From positions 1 to 55,124 of the IMG/VR virus record IMGVR_UViG_3300021957_000047: a DNA stretch of 55,124 nucleotides, one strand, 5' to 3'. Position numbers and translations under genes: made by a program. This stretch comes from a virus. Lineage: Duplodnaviria > Caudoviricetes. How positions within the stretch are numbered: position 1 is the first letter of the stretch; each line of letters begins with the position of its first letter. The notes under the pieces were generated by a model that was given only the letters and a program-made list of their open reading frames with translations, had not been told where the DNA came from and ran no database searches. This document shows positions 9,292-18,415 of the stretch, piece after piece.

Positions 9292-9759
9292 CTAATTAGC
9301 AAGAACTTTTAGAATACCGCCCATCTGAAGTACTGTCGCAATGATAAATCCGACGACCCATGAGCCTCCCATGATCCACCATTTCCAGCGTTCTAGTATT
9401 GTAACACGACCAGATAGATTTTTCAACTCACTGCCTACTTCTTCATCCATCTTGTCAAGCTTTGCCATGATCTCATCATGATTACGGCGATGATTTTCTG
9501 CACTCTCATCTTTCATGTCAGTGATTCTTCTGTGCAGTAGTTCAGTTTCTTTCTCAGCAAGGCGCTTGCGCTCTGAGATATCTTCGGCAAGAGTTCCTAT
9601 ATTTTGCTCATGCACTGCCAAGATTTGAGATATACCACCTGAAGCATCTGCGATTTTATCAATAGCAGTGTCCAGACGACCAAGTAATCCTTGAATACTT
9701 GACACATCTCTTTTTAGTATTTCTACATCAGTTTTCACTGAACTTAGTCCATCAGTCAT
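9292..9759 (-). CDS. coiled-coil protein with C-terminal transmembrane helix (possible holin/XhlA-like)
   Basis: Heptad-rich body, then LERWKWWIMGG and a hydrophobic tail. Confidence 0.55.
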   Translation of the reverse strand: MTDGLSSVKTDVEILKRDVSSIQGLLGRLDTAIDKIADASGGISQILAVHEQNIGTLAEDISERKRLAEKETELLHRRITDMKDESAENHRRNHDEIMAKLDKMDEEVGSELKNLSGRVTILERWKWWIMGGSWVVGFIIATVLQMGGILKVLAN

Positions 9760-9764
9760 AGTAC

Positions 9765-10295
9765 CTATTTACCTATAGTGTCCTTGAACCTCTTCAAAGG
9801 CTGCTGGTTATCTTTTTTATACTTTCGCATAGCCTTTTTTGTAAAACCTGGTTCTCCATCGGGTCCTACTCCAATACCTGCGATGTCTCCACCGCCTGCG
9901 CTGTTTGCGATTGCATCCTCAAACATATCATCGTAGTTCCGAGTTTCTTGAACTATAGACATATAGTCGATTAGTTTATCTTCTAACTGTTCTTCAGATA
10001 GAAAGTCTCCGTGCTTCTCAATCGCTTCATTCTCTTTGATGAGATATAGAGCGGCGGCATAAGAGGCAATTCTTGAACTGCCACCAGGTACCTTACCAAG
10101 AAGTCTCTTTAGTTTAGTAATCATCAAATCGAACTTGCCCCAAGCCTTACGCTCCTCTACAGTGCGTAACTCTCTAGCTTTCTTGAGTATATTCCCGTCT
10201 TCATCAATAATACCTAGCTTGTACGCATCCCACTCTTTGAATGGGGTTGCGAGTCTACGTATAAATTGATATACGAGAAATAAGTCAACAATCAT
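9765..10295 (-). CDS. T4-like hypothetical late protein
   Basis: 176-aa ORF coupled to the upstream gene. Confidence 0.75.
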   Translation of the reverse strand: MIVDLFLVYQFIRRLATPFKEWDAYKLGIIDEDGNILKKARELRTVEERKAWGKFDLMITKLKRLLGKVPGGSSRIASYAAALYLIKENEAIEKHGDFLSEEQLEDKLIDYMSIVQETRNYDDMFEDAIANSAGGGDIAGIGVGPDGEPGFTKKAMRKYKKDNQQPLKRFKDTIGK

Positions 10296-10666
10296 AGTTC
10301 TCTCAGTTCTTTTACTATATTAGCATCAAGCGGAATGCTCGATGTCTCTATTCTTTTTTCACCGTACTCTACAACATCTGGTAAGTAACCTTGGAATACC
10401 AGAAACGGTTTCAAGTACTTGTGATACTCTTCTAGTCTCAAAAACAACATAGGTGTTCCTGCAAGCCCAAAACAGTTATATATTACTATCATATGATTTA
10501 GAATCAGACGTACCTTCAATTCATCAAATTCCTCATATCTTCGAAACAATCTTTTCAGATATTGAAATCTTTTGAGATCATCATAAAATTCTTCCGTAGA
10601 AGCCGCCTTCTTCATATCATAATGCTTAGCCGCATATAACATAAATGTACTTTCATCTAACACCAT
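10292..10666 (-). CDS. conserved T4-like hypothetical protein
   Basis: EEFYDDLKRFQYLKRL...RLILNH motif; likely start MVLDE at 10666. Confidence 0.75.
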   Translation of the reverse strand: MVLDESTFMLYAAKHYDMKKAASTEEFYDDLKRFQYLKRLFRRYEEFDELKVRLILNHMIVIYNCFGLAGTPMLFLRLEEYHKYLKPFLVFQGYLPDVVEYGEKRIETSSIPLDANIVKELREL

Positions 10667-10689
10667 ACTTTGTTCACCATTATTATTAT

Positions 10690-10721
10690 AAATTTGATGA
10701 GGGCATGTTTCAGCCCTCATC
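10690..10721 (-). terminator. hairpin, probable intrinsic terminator
   Basis: 9-bp stem GATGAGGGC/GCCCTCATC. Confidence 0.5.
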
Positions 10722-10729
10722 TTTATTTA

Positions 10730-11011
10730 TTAGCTGTCTGCAACGACTGCATCTTCATCACTAGCTGTACCAGTAGTACCAGTATCACCTGCTTGTGCAA
10801 CAGTTCTAGTCATAGCGACTAGTGTTTCAACACGCTTACGTCCAGAACCATACTCTTCGTATAAATTCCAACCGGTCGTCTTCAAACCTTTTGCTCTGTT
10901 AGCAGTAACACCAGCTTCTGTGGTATCGATGAAATAGCACTTTGCGTTGTCGCCAGCTGTCAAGTACTTCGGGATTGAAGCATCAACATCTGTATCTCCC
11001 CATAAAGCCAT
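10730..11011 (-). CDS. hypothetical protein, probably virion-associated
   Basis: 93-aa ORF with a GGAG SD in the late block. Confidence 0.7.
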   Translation of the reverse strand: MALWGDTDVDASIPKYLTAGDNAKCYFIDTTEAGVTANRAKGLKTTGWNLYEEYGSGRKRVETLVAMTRTVAQAGDTGTTGTASDEDAVVADS

Positions 11012-11012
11012 A

Positions 11013-11306
11013 TCAGTTCTCCTTGTTGTGTTTTTCGATTTCTTGCATCATAAACTCTTTAGTTCTTCTACGATCTAATTTCAAACCTATTTTACGTCCG
11101 TAAATGTCTAGCTCTGTTTTAGTCATTGCACTAAGGTCGGGAGTTTTCGACTTCTTCTTCGCCGGCTTCTTTGCCACTGTAGCTTTCGCTTTTTGGGGCT
11201 TGGAAGGGGCTTGGCGCTTTACTGGAGCAGGCTCCACAGCTTTCGTCTCAACAGTTGATACATTCGCTTCACTCATTCCAAACAATTTTTTAATCCAACC
11301 AATCAT
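11013..11306 (-). CDS. basic protein with possible Rho-N/HeH-like C-terminal motif
   Basis: K/P/A-rich linker, then DLSAMTKTELDIYGRKIGLKL. Confidence 0.6.
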   Translation of the reverse strand: MIGWIKKLFGMSEANVSTVETKAVEPAPVKRQAPSKPQKAKATVAKKPAKKKSKTPDLSAMTKTELDIYGRKIGLKLDRRRTKEFMMQEIEKHNKEN

Positions 11307-11315
11307 AATTTCCTC

Positions 11316-13154
11316 CTAAGAAATATACATATTTAATTCATAACGACCTTGGTCATAGTAAACTTGCATTTGCAATTTCTGCCTTACATCTTTACCATTC
11401 TTAGACAAGTTGATTGAGTAAGAGTTGGTCTTACCTTTACTTGGCTTACGAGGTCCCATTGCAACCTTACGGTCCCAGTCATCTTCATCAACTGCATAGC
11501 CACGCTTCTTAGCGACAGCGATTGCATGTTGAACCGCAGATGAAAACGTTTTGTGATATATAGTGTAATCTGAATTCTTTGCTTCGTTCAGTTTCGCTTC
11601 AGTCAGGTCTGCAACTGATTCTTCGCCTAACATCTTAGATGCTTGCTTCATACCTACAGTTTGAAACCTTCCAGATTCGTCTGTGATGCGAAACGAGAAC
11701 TTACCATTATCAAAGCCCACCATTACATCAAATTTCTTGTTACCTTTGCCACGTATACCAGTAGCAGAGATAGTGCCTTTAGCTTTGCCCTTCTGAATCT
11801 GTGGCGGTCTAGCCTCGTCAAGTTCCACTTCTTCACGAACAAATTGGCGTTTATCTAATTCAATACCACCAGATTTAACACCTCTTTGAATTACTGGAAT
11901 ACTTATTTTACTTGCATCCCCACGAGTTCCAATTTTAATTTTTCCAACAAATTTGTTTTGTCTTGAGGGAACTTCTGTATCAGTAATAAGACCGCCTAAT
12001 CTTTTGACAGCACCTCTGATTGCTTGAACGTGCAATTTAAAATCGTTTTTAATATCAGCAACTTCAGATGGTTTTGCATCAGATGGAGCGTCAGCAGTAA
12101 TTTTAATTGTATGAACATGTTGCAGTGCTTCGTCTAATTCAGTTTCTTCGTTCTGTCTCTTTAGAACAGCAGAAACTTGTGGATGATCAGATAGACCTTT
12201 CTTTAGCTTATCGATTGCTTTGACTGCACCAGTCATATTGCCACCAGCATATCTTTTGTCTGATGCAATACCGATTGCCATTTTGATTTCTCTTGGTGAG
12301 AATCTTTCATTTAGCCCCTCTAGTTCGGCAGATTCGTCTACAGAGGCATTAGGCTTTTTTACAGATTCGTCTTTTGACAACGCTTTAGAAATCGCTTTAC
12401 GGCGCTTGTGCAGATATTCATCTGACTCATCTTCGTCACCGTCATTATCGATATCTTTGTCTTTACGATCATCGAACTTCTTCTTGACCGCTTTAGGATT
12501 TACTGGATCGATTTCTTCTTTCTTAGCTTTAGGCTTGTATGAAGATGATACTGTGCTACAGGTACTTTCGTATGCTTCACTCAGACTCTTTTCAACGTCT
12601 GCGATAGTCTTACACGATTTATCACATCCGAGACTTTTCTTAGCGTAAGCAATAAGTTTAGCGTCCGGACCAGTCATTTCAACATCATCTCCACCAAACG
12701 AAGATGAACCGATCTTTTTCATCTTGATACCCGCTGGTGCTTTACCGGTGAATGACTTTACAGTAATAGTAGCTTCGTCTAACTCAGCTTCTTCCTTGAC
12801 TTCTTTCCAGCCCATCTGAAGATATGTCTTCAACTCTTGCTTGTTGACCATCTTCTCATCTTTACCGTCTTTGGCGATCTTGATGTTACGCACTTCTTCT
12901 AACGCTTCAATCTCTTCTTTGACAGAAGCCATAGCTTCGCCTTGAGATTTGTCGCCCTTACGTGCAGGTGCTTTCTTATCGGCAGTTACTTTTTCTTCTT
13001 CGCCAGAAATATCTTGTGGCTTAGTATCACCATCAGAACGATCTGACTTACGAGAAGCAGGTGCTTCTTGCATGTGTTGCAATTTGTTGATTGTCCTGCT
13101 AATAGCATCAGCGAAACCTTCTGGTAATGGTGCTATCTCTTTCTTATAGTTCAT
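11316..13154 (-). CDS. 612-aa modular protein, probable capsid-internal polyprotein
   Basis: Basic modules separated by repeated EExELDEA / LxEA linkers. Confidence 0.65.
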   Translation of the reverse strand: MNYKKEIAPLPEGFADAISRTINKLQHMQEAPASRKSDRSDGDTKPQDISGEEEKVTADKKAPARKGDKSQGEAMASVKEEIEALEEVRNIKIAKDGKDEKMVNKQELKTYLQMGWKEVKEEAELDEATITVKSFTGKAPAGIKMKKIGSSSFGGDDVEMTGPDAKLIAYAKKSLGCDKSCKTIADVEKSLSEAYESTCSTVSSSYKPKAKKEEIDPVNPKAVKKKFDDRKDKDIDNDGDEDESDEYLHKRRKAISKALSKDESVKKPNASVDESAELEGLNERFSPREIKMAIGIASDKRYAGGNMTGAVKAIDKLKKGLSDHPQVSAVLKRQNEETELDEALQHVHTIKITADAPSDAKPSEVADIKNDFKLHVQAIRGAVKRLGGLITDTEVPSRQNKFVGKIKIGTRGDASKISIPVIQRGVKSGGIELDKRQFVREEVELDEARPPQIQKGKAKGTISATGIRGKGNKKFDVMVGFDNGKFSFRITDESGRFQTVGMKQASKMLGEESVADLTEAKLNEAKNSDYTIYHKTFSSAVQHAIAVAKKRGYAVDEDDWDRKVAMGPRKPSKGKTNSYSINLSKNGKDVRQKLQMQVYYDQGRYELNMYIS

Positions 13155-13185
13155 TGATTATCTCCCGAATATCTGTTATTATTTA

Positions 13186-13542
13186 TTAGTTGTCTACTTT
13201 AGCACCAGCCCGCCATTGATAGCAAGACCAATATTTTGCTTTCCACTTAGGACCTGGATTATCACAGCCATGTCTTGCACGAAAACTTTTTCTTCTAGCA
13301 GGGTCGTCACGCTTGATCTCCATGTTAGGATCACCAAATGTTACTTTGACAACATTGCCTTTCTCGTTCTTTACGTATACGCCGAACTTACTCTTAGAGC
13401 CTGATGGCATTCTGAATGGGTCGTTTAGCGAAACTTTACGTCCCTGATACTCAGATGCTTCTGTAACTAAGTCATCATATATGTTGCATTCTTCACAGAA
13501 TGTATCTATATGTGTTGCTCTATGTGTTCTAAAAGTTTTCAT
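13186..13542 (-). CDS. probable internal head protein
   Basis: MKTF start, VTEA putative cleavage site, RRKSFRARHGC...YWSC module. Confidence 0.65.
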   Translation of the reverse strand: MKTFRTHRATHIDTFCEECNIYDDLVTEASEYQGRKVSLNDPFRMPSGSKSKFGVYVKNEKGNVVKVTFGDPNMEIKRDDPARRKSFRARHGCDNPGPKWKAKYWSCYQWRAGAKVDN

Positions 13543-13766
13543 TATTGCGTTCTCGCTTCGTAATATGATTTGTCTAACTCGCCAACCGCAGTCGGATTAT
13601 TGATCTTTCTGCACTTGATAAAAGTAGTGCGTAGTCTGCCATCTGGCATAGTATATGTCCTAACACCAGCGGCGACATTTCCAGGTGTGCGTGGATAGGT
13701 ATCTGATATCGTTGCTGTGTTATCAAATTCCCATGAAGGATTATTCGGTACTGCAATCCAAGCCAT
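13542..13766 (-). CDS. hypothetical protein
   Basis: 74-aa ORF with TAATG coupling at both ends. Confidence 0.65.
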   Translation of the reverse strand: MAWIAVPNNPSWEFDNTATISDTYPRTPGNVAAGVRTYTMPDGRLRTTFIKCRKINNPTAVGELDKSYYEARTQ

Positions 13767-13999
13767 TACTCTTCTCCGTCTTTGTTCATCATGTAACGAT
13801 GTGCAGAGTTTAGATAGTCGGCAGCCTTAGTGATCTTGTTCTGTACCCACTCTGGCAGATTGTCATCGTCACCAAACATCTTGATCATATGATCTGCATC
13901 AGCAATAACACCACGTAGTTGGGTCTTAGCCATACCACCTTCGTTATCGTATTCGCCTGGGTCTTTTGCTTCTGCAATATGTTCTACAAAACTTTTCAT
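13766..13999 (-). CDS. internal head protein with capsid-targeting-like N-terminus
   Basis: Starts MKSFVEHIAEA (compare T4 IPIII MKTYQEFIAE). Confidence 0.7.
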   Translation of the reverse strand: MKSFVEHIAEAKDPGEYDNEGGMAKTQLRGVIADADHMIKMFGDDDNLPEWVQNKITKAADYLNSAHRYMMNKDGEE

Positions 14000-14004
14000 G
14001 TTAC

Positions 14005-14325
14005 CTATCTCTTCTTAGCCATTGTTATCTTACGTTTGTAAGGACTCTTCTTCATCTCTTCTTCAGCGTCTTTGATTGCTTGTAGCTTTGCGACTACAGC
14101 ACCAGCTCCCGACTTGTCTAAGAGTAGACTGTATGCGATATCAAAATCATTTCTACTCGCACGTTTACCTACATCGGTCAACTGTCTCGCAACACTATTT
14201 CTTAGTTGAGATAGAAGCATAGAACCAAACCCCGGCACCATTACTTCTGGATCTTCGGGATTATCTATAGTATTCTGACTCTTCATCATAATACTTTCAG
14301 ACATATGTTCTACAAACGATTTCAT
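14005..14325 (-). CDS. internal head protein with capsid-targeting-like N-terminus
   Basis: Starts MKSFVEHMSES. Confidence 0.7.
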   Translation of the reverse strand: MKSFVEHMSESIMMKSQNTIDNPEDPEVMVPGFGSMLLSQLRNSVARQLTDVGKRASRNDFDIAYSLLLDKSGAGAVVAKLQAIKDAEEEMKKSPYKRKITMAKKR

Positions 14326-14334
14326 CTTAGCCTC

Positions 14335-15207
14335 TTATCCAAACATCTTTCTTAGTGTAGTTGGTCCAGCAACGCCGTCTGCTAACAAACCGTTAGAAGC
14401 TTGAAACTGCTTCACTGCACGTTTTGTACCTGGGCCATAAATACCATCGTCACCTAATCCTAGGTGTTGCTGAATTGCCTTTACTGTTTCTCCACGTGAA
14501 CCTATTGAGCAAACTTCATCTAAGTTTACATCTGATTTAGGCGCAGGTACAGATAGTTCTACTTCACCGCCCATGATAGCAATAGCTTTCTCATAGCGTG
14601 ATGTTCTATCTTCTAGACCAATAGTACCGCCATTGATCTTCTTAGTCATTGCAACAATATCGCCTTTATCAGCAATCTTGTTCAACTTCGCTGTATCCCA
14701 GAACCAACATGCTGACTCAACAGCACCCTTTTCTGTTGCTACGTATTCTACTGCTTCTTCGGCAGTCAGGTCTACAGTCTTACCAAATGCTGTGTAGTTA
14801 TTACGACCAGTAAGTTGCTTCAAGCCACGACCACGAAATAACCATCCGTCACCGTCATTTACGTTGCCCATTGCACCACGCTTAGTACGATACTCATCTT
14901 GATAAACGTAGTTCGCAATCATCTCTGGATTACGAGCATACTCAGATGCATCACGCTTCTTTTTACCTGTACCAAAGTAACGACCAAACACTGCATTCAG
15001 TGCTTTCTCGCTGTAGTTCAAGTTCTCTTCAAGTCTCTTGAAGTCTGCGCTTTCGTGGGCGCACTGTGCAATAAATCCAGCGATACGCTCAGGAGTATCG
15101 ATTTCATATTTTGGCATGATCTCTTCAAGTGCCTCAAACCATTCATCGGCTTTTGGATTGTTGTTGATCATTGCACTTAGCATTTCTTTAGTCAGTGGAA
15201 AACTCAT
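14335..15207 (-). CDS. endolysin: GH19 domain plus C-terminal peptidoglycan-binding domain
   Basis: FIAQCAHES, FRGRGLKQLTGRNNY, INGG; DGIYGPGT...FQ...DGVAGPTT. Confidence 0.9.
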   Translation of the reverse strand: MSFPLTKEMLSAMINNNPKADEWFEALEEIMPKYEIDTPERIAGFIAQCAHESADFKRLEENLNYSEKALNAVFGRYFGTGKKKRDASEYARNPEMIANYVYQDEYRTKRGAMGNVNDGDGWLFRGRGLKQLTGRNNYTAFGKTVDLTAEEAVEYVATEKGAVESACWFWDTAKLNKIADKGDIVAMTKKINGGTIGLEDRTSRYEKAIAIMGGEVELSVPAPKSDVNLDEVCSIGSRGETVKAIQQHLGLGDDGIYGPGTKRAVKQFQASNGLLADGVAGPTTLRKMFG

Positions 15208-15246
15208 AATTTTATCTCCTATATTCTATATTTATCTGCTCACTGG

Positions 15247-18200
15247 TTAGTATTTTACGATCTTATTAGGCGTCTTGAAATCTTTCTTACGCATGATCGT
15301 TTTGTTTACTACTTCAAATTCATTCTTTGCTTTGTCGTAGTTGATGACTACAGGCAAGTTCAAGTCTGCTTGAATATCTTTTAGCACTGCTTCAGAGTCA
15401 CCTAGTTGTTTGATATCTTTCGCCTTGTTCTTAGCAACCTTCTTGAAGAAACGCTGTAACTCAGGAATAGAAATCTTAGGGTTGTTTCTATCATCGTTCA
15501 TACGATCAGCAAAGTGACGTGTAAATTCTACGTCTACGCCAAACTTGTCTAGCAGTCTATCAGCAAACTTTTCGAGGTCACTGATTTGCTTCTGTGATAC
15601 ATCTTCGTTGAATTGCTTGAAGCCTTCACGTTCACTGATTACAGATTCGAACATATCATCTAACTCAAGTTCTTCACGCTTGCCCGCATACTGTCTTAGT
15701 CTTCTCTCACGATCTGCTTCTCTACGCTTACGATCATCATCAGTCTGCTTTTGACCAATCTTCATCTTACGTATGTTACGCTCACGCTCAACGTTCTGCT
15801 TGTGTCTCAGATCCTCTTTCTGCTTATCAGTCATCTTAGACATTGGCTTAGGCACTGGTCCTTCGCTCTCTGATACGCTTTCACCAGGAGTATCTTTCTT
15901 GTAACGCTTAGTTAGTTTATCTGTGCCTCTATCGCCAGCACCACCCTCTTCAAAGACATACTCTTCGCCTAGCATTTTGTGTAGTACTTTACCGTCTACA
16001 TCTTTATACGTTCTAGCAATCTGTGCGGCATAGTATTCAGAACTATGTCTCATGCCAGTCTTCTTGGCTTTTGCCTCTTTCTTCTTGCGATCAATAACAC
16101 TCTTCAGTGTATTCAATGCATGGTCATACATCTTTTTGTTGACTGACACAGACTTGATTTTATTAGACATGTATCCTTCGAACATATCTTCAAACTCTTC
16201 GTCTAACTTTTCTTTCTTCTTCTTAGCAATCGCAATAGCGGCTTGCTGTGCTGGAGATACTGCTTCGTTCTTAGGCACACAGTTAGGTACTAGCTTGCCA
16301 CCTTTCTTTTTCATGCCACGCTTTTCGTGTGTATCCCAACATGGATCATCTTCAGTGATAATCTTTGTCTTCTTATATGACAGTGACCCATCTTTCTTCT
16401 TATCGATAGGTGACTCTACTTCTTCTTTCTTAGAACTGCCACGTACTTTAGCGGCAAGGTCTGCGTCTGCTTTACCCCATGTTCCAGATGATTTAGTAAC
16501 AAATGAATTTACACGTGCAAAACCCCATTGCTGTGGAGTAGTACCTGGTCTATGTCCAGTTCTCCATGCGGCAACGCCTCTGTTGTACACTTGACGTAAA
16601 ATGCCAAGTGGCATACCAGACTTCTCTGCTTTTGCTTTCAGACCTGCATCGCCCTTTGCTTCACTCAGTTCTACTGAATCAGCGATATCACTTGTCACTT
16701 CTTCGATGAATGCTAGTAATGCTTCATCAGTATCAAACTCTTCTTTCTGTAGATCACGAATCTGCCTACGTAAACCACGTGACTTTACTGCGTCTAGTTC
16801 TTTATCGTGTTCACGCTTCATGTTCTCACGTTCAGACTTGTGCTGTGATCTCAAACGCTCTTCTGCTTTGTTCTCATCAATAACTTTATTCTTGATCTCT
16901 GCTTTATCTGGTGTATCACCAGCTTCAGCATTCTTCTTTCTGAAAATCTTGAATCGACCATCAGTCTTCACACTGCCGTCTTTCTTCTGTGCAGAGTGAA
17001 ACTTAGATAATGGTATAAGTTCTTCACCATACATATCTTTGAATTTCTTTGTGTGCTTAGATGGCTTAGTCTCAGCAGTTGCGTCACCAGGTGCTGGCTT
17101 GTATGCCGCTGGATTATCATCGTCCATCTTTGTACCCTTCTTGAAGTGGGCATCACGCTTATCTTTTGTTGACTTAGATAGACCTTTGTAGTAGACAGCT
17201 GGCTGTGTGCCTTTCTTGTCTTTGATATCTGGGTCTTGACCTACAGTTGGCTCTTCGATGAATAGATCGAAATGCTCATCTAAGTTATACTCTTCGCTTA
17301 CCTTTTTGCCTTGTACTCTAGCAATATCAGCACGGCGAACTTTAGGTAGAAGTTTCTTAGCGATACGATCAATAACTGCTTTACGCTTTGCTACTTTCTG
17401 ATCGATCATCATCTTCTCGGCAGTAGAGAGTTCGCTATAACGCTTACCCTTATCTCCTGCAACTTTGCCACGAATGATTGCGATTGCCTTCTTACGTGCT
17501 TTCTTCTGTAATCTATCTTTGGTAGCAACTCGCTTCGACATTCTCTTACGGGCAGCGGCAATCTTAGACTTATACTTACGCATAGTCATGGCACGTTGTC
17601 TACGTTGTGCGAATGATAGAATTGCTTCGTCTAGTTCTAACTCTTCTGAAATCTTCATGCCACCACGTACCATGTCGTATACGTCTTTAGCGTTTGCTTT
17701 CAGTTTCTTAGGTAGACCTTTAGAAAATGACTCCATGTCACCATCTTTTGCCAATGCCCTCATTTTAGAGGCTGACATACCTGTCACATCATCGGCATCT
17801 GGGTCTCGGTCACCAGCAGAAACAACCTTGATACTATCAAAGCTGTAATCTTTTCCGTTATATTTGTTTAGTAGATCATCAAAAGTTTTTACACGATCTG
17901 AGCCAACTACAAGAACAATGTTCTTATACTTTTTCTGTAGTTCTTGTGCGGCTTGAATAATCGTCTTTGATCTAGACTTACGAACTATCTTGCCAAACGC
18001 TTTCGTTGCAAGCATGTATTTGTCATCGTAAGTAAGGGGATTCTTTTTTGCGTCTTGCGAATGCGTCAGAAATAGAATAGGATCTCCACCTTCTGAACGT
18101 GCGACTGAGTTGATTTTGTTGACTAGTTTTTCATGGCCAACAGTGATGGGATTCATACGACCCCAACCAATCACCGCTGTTTTCCCAGGAGCTTCTTCTA

Positions 18201-18357
18201 GCTTGGGCTTGAGTTCAATCGTATTTTTGACGAGAATTTCATCAGCATCCTCACCCTTCTTTGCCTTCTTTGGCTCGGGCTTCTTTTTCTTCGGTTGCTC
18301 TTTTTCAACTGATTTTTCGTTTTCGGCCTCTACAGCCTTATCTTCTTCTTTATCCAT
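15247..18357 (-). CDS. 1036-aa multidomain late protein: HxGH nucleotidyltransferase followed by many small modules
   Basis: GRMNPITVGH, VVGSDR, MSASKMR in about aa 58-235; later modules separated by acidic LxE linkers. Confidence 0.8.
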   Translation of the reverse strand: MDKEEDKAVEAENEKSVEKEQPKKKKPEPKKAKKGEDADEILVKNTIELKPKLEEAPGKTAVIGWGRMNPITVGHEKLVNKINSVARSEGGDPILFLTHSQDAKKNPLTYDDKYMLATKAFGKIVRKSRSKTIIQAAQELQKKYKNIVLVVGSDRVKTFDDLLNKYNGKDYSFDSIKVVSAGDRDPDADDVTGMSASKMRALAKDGDMESFSKGLPKKLKANAKDVYDMVRGGMKISEELELDEAILSFAQRRQRAMTMRKYKSKIAAARKRMSKRVATKDRLQKKARKKAIAIIRGKVAGDKGKRYSELSTAEKMMIDQKVAKRKAVIDRIAKKLLPKVRRADIARVQGKKVSEEYNLDEHFDLFIEEPTVGQDPDIKDKKGTQPAVYYKGLSKSTKDKRDAHFKKGTKMDDDNPAAYKPAPGDATAETKPSKHTKKFKDMYGEELIPLSKFHSAQKKDGSVKTDGRFKIFRKKNAEAGDTPDKAEIKNKVIDENKAEERLRSQHKSERENMKREHDKELDAVKSRGLRRQIRDLQKEEFDTDEALLAFIEEVTSDIADSVELSEAKGDAGLKAKAEKSGMPLGILRQVYNRGVAAWRTGHRPGTTPQQWGFARVNSFVTKSSGTWGKADADLAAKVRGSSKKEEVESPIDKKKDGSLSYKKTKIITEDDPCWDTHEKRGMKKKGGKLVPNCVPKNEAVSPAQQAAIAIAKKKKEKLDEEFEDMFEGYMSNKIKSVSVNKKMYDHALNTLKSVIDRKKKEAKAKKTGMRHSSEYYAAQIARTYKDVDGKVLHKMLGEEYVFEEGGAGDRGTDKLTKRYKKDTPGESVSESEGPVPKPMSKMTDKQKEDLRHKQNVERERNIRKMKIGQKQTDDDRKRREADRERRLRQYAGKREELELDDMFESVISEREGFKQFNEDVSQKQISDLEKFADRLLDKFGVDVEFTRHFADRMNDDRNNPKISIPELQRFFKKVAKNKAKDIKQLGDSEAVLKDIQADLNLPVVINYDKAKNEFEVVNKTIMRKKDFKTPNKIVKY

Positions 18358-18405
18358 TTTATCCTCTTGGTAGGTTTTCCGTAGACTTACTACAAGTATG
18401 TGTTG

Positions 18406-18413
18406 TATTTATA
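18406..18413 (-). promoter_or_regulatory. T4-type late promoter
   Basis: TATAAATA about 50 nt upstream of the 1036-aa gene. Confidence 0.85.
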
Positions 18414-18415
18414 GA

